A DNA stretch of 63,896 bases, the filler included, from Cladosporium halotolerans (lineage: Eukaryota): assembly GCF_011745625.1 (NCBI RefSeq). It is 9 parts of 9 records of this genome, joined end to end, with 100 filler letters (N's around TTAATTAATTAA, not from the genome) between each part and the next. Parts side by side here need not be neighbours in the genome. Positions count along the whole stretch, not along the records: positions 57,150 to 63,896 come from NW_027191640.1; 8 more parts are not named here. The stretch is one strand, 5' to 3'. Shown here in pieces: positions 57,456 through 63,896 of this stretch; position 1 is the stretch's first letter; every line of letters begins with the position of its first letter. A program made the position numbers and the translations under genes. Under the pieces are notes generated by a model. It saw only the letters and a list, made by a program, of their open reading frames with translations, was not told the DNA's origin and searched no databases.

Positions 57456-57994
57456 GTAAGATCTCCCGTCTAGTGGATGCTTTGTCGATCTGCCCTTCTT
57501 TGAAGTTTGAGCCTAACATTCTCGCAAATGGCTTCGAGGCATTACAGAGAAGACAGAATGATGCGAAGATCCGGACCTGGTCATCACCGAACACCAGAAA
57601 GATGTCTCCTCAGGGTCATTGTCCGCAGTGCCTGCTGGCATATGTGACGTCATGATGATGATGAATTTATTCCGCCCGGCGCTAAGCACCTAAAGGGCAC
57701 TGCACTATTTACGTCACAAAGTATACCTGCATTCCGGCGGGGTTGAACATAACGAAAATCCGTGCTCATTGTTTCTCGTCACTGACAACTCTCCAAACAG
57801 TGTGTAATGTCTCTAGTCTCCATGTGCTCGTGCTTGGCGGTCGGCGGGCGCTCTTGAAGCTGTGTTTCCAAGTGTTCATCGTCCTATCTCCAGCGGATGA
57901 AGCGGGGACCTGCCGTGTGTACGAGGTTGTGTGGGGCGTTGCGGCGTTAAGGGTTAGTAGGGTACAGATCTCTGGTCGACGTTCACGGTCTAGG

Positions 57995-60900
57995 TTATCG
58001 TGTCACTCGAACTCGCTCGTTGCTGTCATGTTCAAATCTTTTGGTGGCCAGAGTGAAGTGAATCACAGCTCGCACTGCATCCATGTCCGGTGCCCAGTCG
58101 TCAGTATCCATTGTGGATTTGCCTCCGAGCAAACGAGAGAAATTGTCCTCGTCTGTGTACACGCCCAAGATTTTCCGCTGCTCACTCCACCTAGCACAGT
58201 GAAAGACAAAATGTTCTCTCGACTCAACTGCCTCGCCACACTCGCAAAGGTTCGTTTCCGCCGCCTTGATGTTGTACAAATACCCATTCAATGGGGTCAT
58301 GCCTGTGCGGAGCTGCGCGAGAATGCTCGCCTGTCTCTTGCTGAGGTTGTCATATATGCGTCGAGTGTGACTTCCAGGCCAGGCAGTGTCGATTCTGCGT
58401 ACAGATTCTCCGACAGTTGCTGGAAACTGCTCAGTCGCTCGCCGCAGGCGTTCTTGTGTCCTTTGAACCATACTCCTGGTCAACCTGGGCCGGCCTCTGA
58501 CCACTCCTCCCTCGTCCGTGGATCGCTGCGCCAGCTGCTTTGCCTTCTGGCCCAACTCGAAGATCGGGCTCACCGGGGCCCACGTGAAGACCACGCGGTT
58601 GCGGGATTCCTTCAGACGTGTCACATGTTTTAAAATGCCGCTGATGATCCATTGTCCGGAACTTCGGGTGGCATTCCGCAACGTGACCAGAACGGTGCGG
58701 TTGTTGGTGAACACGTGCGTGACCTGGCCTTGCACGCGCGCCGACAGTGTATTGTCGTACACCGCACTGACGACCAAACCAAGTCCCAGTTCGATCGAAG
58801 CCAGTGCGGCTGTGTAGGCATCGCTTTGCGCATTGGTGCCTACCGTCTTGTCGTACTCGCATCGCTCAGGATTGTTGCGTATCCAGTCAATGCCATCGAT
58901 GGCGCCGCCGATGCCAACCAACCGGTTTCTGGCCGACGCGCTAGTGGCGACACGGATGCCCTGAATGCCTTGGGCGCACCCGGCTGCTTGCTTACCGTCG
59001 TCTACACTGTGGGCTATGTCGAGTCGCGCGTCCCACGGGGCTGAGATGTAGGGCTGGGTCGCCTCCAGCTCATCCATCGGTGCTCCGCATGCGGACTCTG
59101 CGATCTTTTGCAAGGGTGACGTGTACCTCCTGCACGCCCGACGCCTGACCATCTGCGCGAGAGGGTGTGTGCTGGGCATGCTATGCAGGTCGACCCACAT
59201 CCTCAGGGCTTTTCTTGAGTGTCGTTCTCCTATCGTGGGTAAGTTGGCCTCTGCCTCTGCCACCACCGTGCCGACGGTCTGGAAACACCAGACCACTGCC
59301 TGTCCACCGACCCTCTGTACTCGCTTGAGCACCCTCTCTGCGCTGGCCCTCCTAGCGTGCGTCCATACGGACGATGCATAGTCAACCACTGGTGCTACCG
59401 TTGCGTTGAACAGCTTGCGTGTGACTGACGGCGAGAGTCCTCGCAGCCGCTTCAGCGCCATCGCTGCCCGCAGGCCCCTCGTTGCAGCACGCGCGGTGTG
59501 CTCTTGGTAGCGCAGTCGCGAATCCATGATCAGCCCTAAAATCTTGACGCTGCATGTGGGTTGTACCTCCTCCCCTTTGACGCTGATCGGCTCGTCCGCG
59601 GATTGTCGGCTGTTCCGCGTGAAGTGGATGAAGGCAGTCTTGCCCCCTTCGAAAGAGGCCCCACTCCTGCCCTCCCACTCGGTCGCTCGTTGTACGATAG
59701 CATTGAGGCGATCCATGTTCTCTGCGGCGGTTGCGCCCGCGACCCACGCTGTGTAGTCATCGACAAAAGCGATTGCACCACCGTTCTGGTCGATACGTTG
59801 CTGAACGAGATCCGCATTGAAGAAAAGAAACAGGATGGGTGACAAGGGCGAGCCTTGTGGCAGCCCAGCCTGTTCGAGTTCTCTCACCTCGGACGCCTGC
59901 CCATTCACAACAATAGTGGCCGTGCGTCCGGAGCAGAACGCGCTAATCCAGTTCACGAGATCTGACGGGATACCTCTCGCCGCTAGCCGCTGTAGCAATC
60001 TTTCCTTATAGACCCCGTTGTACGCCCCTTTCACATCAAAACTGACTAAGCTCACCACTTTCTTGCTTCTCCACGCCGAGTAGATACGCTCCTGGAGGAG
60101 CAACAGCGCCTGCTCCGCAGACCTCTGCTTCCTCGCGCCGAAGTGGTTGGCTGGCAGCAGCCCGTAAGTTTCTACCGCGAATGATATCCTCTCGGCGACG
60201 ACCGCCTCCAGCAACTTTCCCAGGGTCGATAGCAGTGAGATGGGTCTCCACGCCTTCGCCTGAGTGTAGTCGTCCTTGTTGGGCTTCTTGAGCGGGATGA
60301 TCTTTGCTACCCTCCACTGTCGAGGCAGGGTTCCTGTGTCGAGCGACGCCTGAAAAAGCTGACAGACACTCTCACCCACGGCTGGCCATATTTGCTTCCA
60401 CACTCCCGCGGGAAGGCCATCCTCGCCTGCGGCTTTCCACGGCTTGGTCTTCATTAGACATAATTCGATCTCGTCCACCGTCAGATTCGGCATTGGCACG
60501 GGCTGCCTTTGTGGTCGGTCTCCCTCGTCCTCTATGTTTTCGGGTAGTGGTGGGAAGAAGGTAGCAAGCAGTTGTTCGGCTTGCTCGGAGTTGTTCGTCG
60601 TCATTGACCCGTCCGCCTTTTGTAGCGGTGGGATCTTTGACCACCCCGAGCCATCGTCGGGCTTGAGGTAGCGGGTGGCCTTCCAGATGTTGGTGTCTTC
60701 CCCCAGGAACTCATCCCAGTGCAGTCTTTGCTGCTTGCGTATCGCATCGTGGTACTCCTTCGCTGCCGCTCGCGCTTGTCGCTCTAGCTCCGAGAGTGCT
60801 TCTCCGGCTCGTCTCTGCGCACGCGCCCTGTTTCTCCAGTACGTGTATACGCGGCGGAGCTTCGTGAGGTCCTGCGTCCACCACCGCTTCGCATACGGTG

Positions 60901-61807
60901 AGGGCTTGGCTTTGGGCGTCAGCGTGCTGACCGCGTCCAGTACAACCTGCATCAGACGGTCGGCCTGTCTCTGGACGTCAGCACACGCTGGTCGATCCTG
61001 TAACGCTTGAGCAATGCGCTCTCGGATTGCCTTCCAGGGAGCATTTTTGAACAACAACCGCGGTTGGGTAGCATGATCTGGGGCGCCCACATCAAAGGAC
61101 GTCTCAATCGCGCGATGATCGGAGCCGTGCTCCGTATCATGTAGCTTACACGTGAGAACGCTCGACGCCAGCTCCTGCGACGCCAACATGAGGTCGATTG
61201 TGGTAGCGCGGGATGCGTTCTGCCACGTCTTCGTGCCGCGAGGCAGGAGGCTCTCGAGTCCCCATCTGTTCATGAAGTCGATGATAGGATCTGCCTCGCC
61301 TTGTCGACTCGGCAGGACCTCGTCTCCTCCCCACAACTGGTCATGTCGATTGAAATCGCCAGCAATCAAGACATCAAGGCGCGGGCCACCGCGGCGCTGC
61401 GCCGTGCTTACTGCGTTATCGAGTAGCCGGATCGTCTCGCTCAACGCTGCAGCGCTGCTCCCTTCCACGTAAACCGACGCGAGCAATACTGACCTGTCCG
61501 GCAGTCGCAGTAAAACTACTGTGATGTCCGCCGATGGCACGCTTACCTGTTCGCACTCGATGTCTCTGCGCACCCACAGCATGCTCCGCACCGCCCAACG
61601 TCCACTGTGTCTTCCACTCGGCAGTACGGCCGTCCAGCTCTGATGTCCCATAGGGCTCGTCCTCACCTTCCCTTCCATATCGAAAACGTAGGGCTCGCTG
61701 ATGGCGAGAGCCGTGTACTCCTTCAAGCCTGCGTCGTTCATCACACTGTGTTGCACCTCTCTCCGTTTCTGCATGTTCAGTTGCAGGACTTGCATCTGCT
61801 TAAACAT
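57995..61807 (-). CDS. LINE ORF2: APE endonuclease, reverse transcriptase, degenerate RNase H, CCHC
   Basis: Likely start MFKQMQVLQLNM (ATG 61807, overlapping the ORF1 stop). ISEP, GDFNRH, TIDL, SDH; WRPISLL, FDVKGAY, LPQGSPLSP, FVDD; CECG...EHFVFHC. Confidence 0.95.
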   Translation of the reverse strand: MFKQMQVLQLNMQKRREVQHSVMNDAGLKEYTALAISEPYVFDMEGKVRTSPMGHQSWTAVLPSGRHSGRWAVRSMLWVRRDIECEQVSVPSADITVVLLRLPDRSVLLASVYVEGSSAAALSETIRLLDNAVSTAQRRGGPRLDVLIAGDFNRHDQLWGGDEVLPSRQGEADPIIDFMNRWGLESLLPRGTKTWQNASRATTIDLMLASQELASSVLTCKLHDTEHGSDHRAIETSFDVGAPDHATQPRLLFKNAPWKAIRERIAQALQDRPACADVQRQADRLMQVVLDAVSTLTPKAKPSPYAKRWWTQDLTKLRRVYTYWRNRARAQRRAGEALSELERQARAAAKEYHDAIRKQQRLHWDEFLGEDTNIWKATRYLKPDDGSGWSKIPPLQKADGSMTTNNSEQAEQLLATFFPPLPENIEDEGDRPQRQPVPMPNLTVDEIELCLMKTKPWKAAGEDGLPAGVWKQIWPAVGESVCQLFQASLDTGTLPRQWRVAKIIPLKKPNKDDYTQAKAWRPISLLSTLGKLLEAVVAERISFAVETYGLLPANHFGARKQRSAEQALLLLQERIYSAWRSKKVVSLVSFDVKGAYNGVYKERLLQRLAARGIPSDLVNWISAFCSGRTATIVVNGQASEVRELEQAGLPQGSPLSPILFLFFNADLVQQRIDQNGGAIAFVDDYTAWVAGATAAENMDRLNAIVQRATEWEGRSGASFEGGKTAFIHFTRNSRQSADEPISVKGEEVQPTCSVKILGLIMDSRLRYQEHTARAATRGLRAAMALKRLRGLSPSVTRKLFNATVAPVVDYASSVWTHARRASAERVLKRVQRVGGQAVVWCFQTVGTVVAEAEANLPTIGERHSRKALRMWVDLHSMPSTHPLAQMVRRRACRRYTSPLQKIAESACGAPMDELEATQPYISAPWDARLDIAHSVDDGKQAAGCAQGIQGIRVATSASARNRLVGIGGAIDGIDWIRNNPERCEYDKTVGTNAQSDAYTAALASIELGLGLVVSAVYDNTLSARVQGQVTHVFTNNRTVLVTLRNATRSSGQWIISGILKHVTRLKESRNRVVFTWAPVSPIFELGQKAKQLAQRSTDEGGVVRGRPRLTRSMVQRTQERLRRATEQFPATVGESVRRIDTAWPGSHTRRIYDNLSKRQASILAQLRTGMTPLNGYLYNIKAAETNLCECGEAVESREHFVFHCARWSEQRKILGVYTDEDNFSRLLGGKSTMDTDDWAPDMDAVRAVIHFTLATKRFEHDSNERVRVTR

Positions 61808-63266
61808 CACTTGCTGGGTAGAGAGTACGACACTGTCGGCTGGACGATTCGTGAGGCCCGTCGCATATGGCACATCTGGGGTTCTCTGCTTGACACTCGC
61901 TGTGGCGATGGCCTGGCTGAGCACACCTGATGCAGACCTGCGTTTTCGCGCACGAAAAGGCTTTGTGTCCGAGGCCCAGGCACTTGAAGCACTGCATCGG
62001 CCCACGCCTGGGCTCGAACACTCGAGTGAAGGCCGACTCTCCGTCGACATTGAAGTATTGGCCTTCCAACAGCTTCGCTGCGTCGGCGCGCTTCGTCACG
62101 TACACGACCATAGATCCGTACGCCTTTGGCAGATCCTTCCGGCTGAGCCATGAAACTTTTGCAATCCTCACCTCGTTCTCCTTTTCCAACATCTCCACAG
62201 CGCCATTTCGAAGCTCGCCGTGCTCGTCCAGCACCGCCGTCCGGCACGCATTGTCCACTTTGACTGGATACCACTGATCCCTCAGCACGCGCGACCCCAC
62301 CGCTTTGGTCTTCTCGGCCGCTTCCTTCACCCTTGCAAGCTCGCTCTCGTCCCGACAGGTGATGCGAACGCGGGCGGTGTTCCGAGGATCCCTCGTGACT
62401 GCCACACACCGCCACCCGCTTCCCTCCTCTCCTCCGCGCATCTCTTTCTCGATATCTTGCCTGATCCTGCTCGCGCTGGCATTGTCCCTCTCCGCCTCTT
62501 CCACGTTGGATACATCCACGGTGCAGTACAGTGTGTCCGTGAAGGTCGATGGGGTTGTCTGGTCGGAGACTGTCCTGAGGTTGCTGGGACGGCTGCCGGG
62601 CGGCGTGCGCGCGACGTCGGCATACGATGGGTTCGGGCTCGACTGTTGGATGCTGGATAGCTGCTTTTCAACGATGGCTGTTACCTGCTCCTGCACGATG
62701 CTAGTGACCTTCTCCTGTACAATACTGCTAACCTGCTGCTGTACGATGGTAGTGACCTGCTCTTTGACTATACTGGTGACACGCTGTTGGATGATGGCGG
62801 CGACTTTGTCGCCAACGATGCTCTTGACCTCATGCTGTATCACAGTCTTCACCTCCCGATGCACAACCTCGCTCACCTGCTCCTGCACAGTTCTTTTAAC
62901 CTCCTGGCTAACGGCATCTACGATCTCGCGTTGTACGGTGGCTCTCAGCTGTTCTTGCACGACAATCCCTACCTCTTCCGAAACACGCTCTTTCACTTGA
63001 CCAACTGTGTCCTGAACAAGGGCGAAACGCTCGTCAACAGACTCGCGCACGCCGGCGATGGCCTTCAGAACAGTGTCCAGCCGAGACTCTGAAGTTTCGC
63101 TGCTCTTCCTGGATGCTTGAGACAGAGCTGTCTCCTTTGCCGAAATTCCTCGATGCAGTTTCCGATAGTCGACCTCGGTGCGTGAGACGCGTTGTCGGCT
63201 TGGACGCGTCAACGCAGGCGACGCATGCTCGCCCGGCGGCGACGGCGGGCGCTCAACGGCAGCCAT
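61800..63266 (-). CDS. LINE ORF1 (gag-like) with 13 x 8-aa repeat and three zinc knuckles
   Basis: CFKCLGLGHKAFSC, CIRCAQPGHRHSEC, CAICDGPHESSSRQC; SYADVAR; DQWYPVKVD. Confidence 0.93.
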   Translation of the reverse strand: MAAVERPPSPPGEHASPALTRPSRQRVSRTEVDYRKLHRGISAKETALSQASRKSSETSESRLDTVLKAIAGVRESVDERFALVQDTVGQVKERVSEEVGIVVQEQLRATVQREIVDAVSQEVKRTVQEQVSEVVHREVKTVIQHEVKSIVGDKVAAIIQQRVTSIVKEQVTTIVQQQVSSIVQEKVTSIVQEQVTAIVEKQLSSIQQSSPNPSYADVARTPPGSRPSNLRTVSDQTTPSTFTDTLYCTVDVSNVEEAERDNASASRIRQDIEKEMRGGEEGSGWRCVAVTRDPRNTARVRITCRDESELARVKEAAEKTKAVGSRVLRDQWYPVKVDNACRTAVLDEHGELRNGAVEMLEKENEVRIAKVSWLSRKDLPKAYGSMVVYVTKRADAAKLLEGQYFNVDGESAFTRVFEPRRGPMQCFKCLGLGHKAFSCAKTQVCIRCAQPGHRHSECQAENPRCAICDGPHESSSRQCRTLYPASDV

Positions 63267-63369
63267 TGACAGGTGTGCCTAGAAGGCGCAATATTTACGT
63301 GATGAATAGCTTTTTCTTCAATAAATTCAACAAGTCCTATGTGACGTCATGATAGAGGTGAAGTGGCTA

Positions 63370-63896
63370 GAAGTCTTCCCCACTTCAAGGACGGACACAC
63401 TTCAAGCACGCTCGACGCACTCGATGTCGACAAGCTTCTATTACTCACGTTGCACGCCACATCGATCTTATCTAGCTGAAAAACATATCATTGGGAAGCT
63501 ACAGCACCGCATTATTATTTTGTCATATTTCTATATCCTAAAACGTGCTGGCCTGCGCACAGACCGACCCTTTGCTGTTGTCAGCTGCTCCACAGGCTCG
63601 TTGACCACAAGCTCCGGTAGAGAGTTCGCAGGCTTCTGAGCAGCTGATTGTTTCCTTAGAAGGCTTCGCGACTGCCTGCTCGTAGCCCTGGGCTCTATTT
63701 CGAGCCGTTTCTGAGCTGCAGCTGTCTTGCGAGCAACAGCAGCAGCAGATCGTTCATCTCGCTTCTTCTGGGCCGCTGCTTCCTTCTGGGCCTTTTTTTG
63801 AGCTCGCTCTTGCGCTCTAACTTCTTTGTTCTGCAGCAACTGCTCCTTCTCCCGCTCTTTACTCAATGCAATGTCTCGAGTCTTCTGGATCTTGGA
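63370..63896 (-). mobile_element. 3' end of a pogo/Fot1-like DNA transposon
   Basis: K/E/A/R-rich coiled C-terminus ending TAKGRSVRRPARFRI* (stop at 63531). Candidate TIR starts after TA at 63368-63369 and has an internal repeat cacttcaag(g/c)acg. Confidence 0.55.

Larger units (their letters stand above)
57641..63353 (-). mobile_element. Full-length Tad1-like LINE (family B) with 16-bp TSD and (CAT)n tail
   Basis: TATGTGACGTCATGAT at 57641-57656 and 63338-63353. Both ORFs intact. The 3' end reads gcttagcgccgggcggaataaattcatcatcatc. Confidence 0.96.

Noticed and set aside
61808..62050. ORF2 N-terminal extension to 62050 given by the ORF track
   Set aside because: It overlaps the ORF1 zinc knuckles in another frame. 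The APE domain starts at the ATG at 61807, though frameshift entry is not excluded.

Overview
Filamentous-ascomycete (probably Dothideomycete) genomic DNA with GT-AG introns, a RIP-like AT-rich block and Tad1-type LINEs. The window is not one locus. It consists of nine contigs of about 7 kb joined by identical 100-nt artificial linkers (N44-TTAATTAATTAA-N44) and ordered by decreasing length, so gene neighbourhood is meaningful only within a contig. Mobile elements: two near-complete, apparently un-RIPed LINEs (one with a 16-bp TSD), several LINE fragments, a hAT transposase with four hAT-type termini, and a pogo-like transposase end. Host-type genes and relics: CYP450, CCX Na/Ca exchanger, ABCG transporter, divergent TEY MAP kinase, FSH1 esterase, MAPEG, mpaB-like oxygenase, SAM-HMG protein, OTT_1508-like deaminase, 3CxxC protein, ATP-grasp-like protein, NYN-like/CCCH protein, PAQR, bZIP and Zn2Cys6 factors. 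The most intriguing region is contig 4, with a deaminase, a 3CxxC protein, an ATP-grasp relic and two ORFs starting with the histone-H3-like MARTK, one fused to an Hsp70/actin-like N-terminus. Also notable are an extra ERK-type MAPK inside a transporter/esterase/MAPEG block and a 32-bp LINE tail-only insertion that created a microsatellite. All family calls come from motif recognition by eye; no searches were run.
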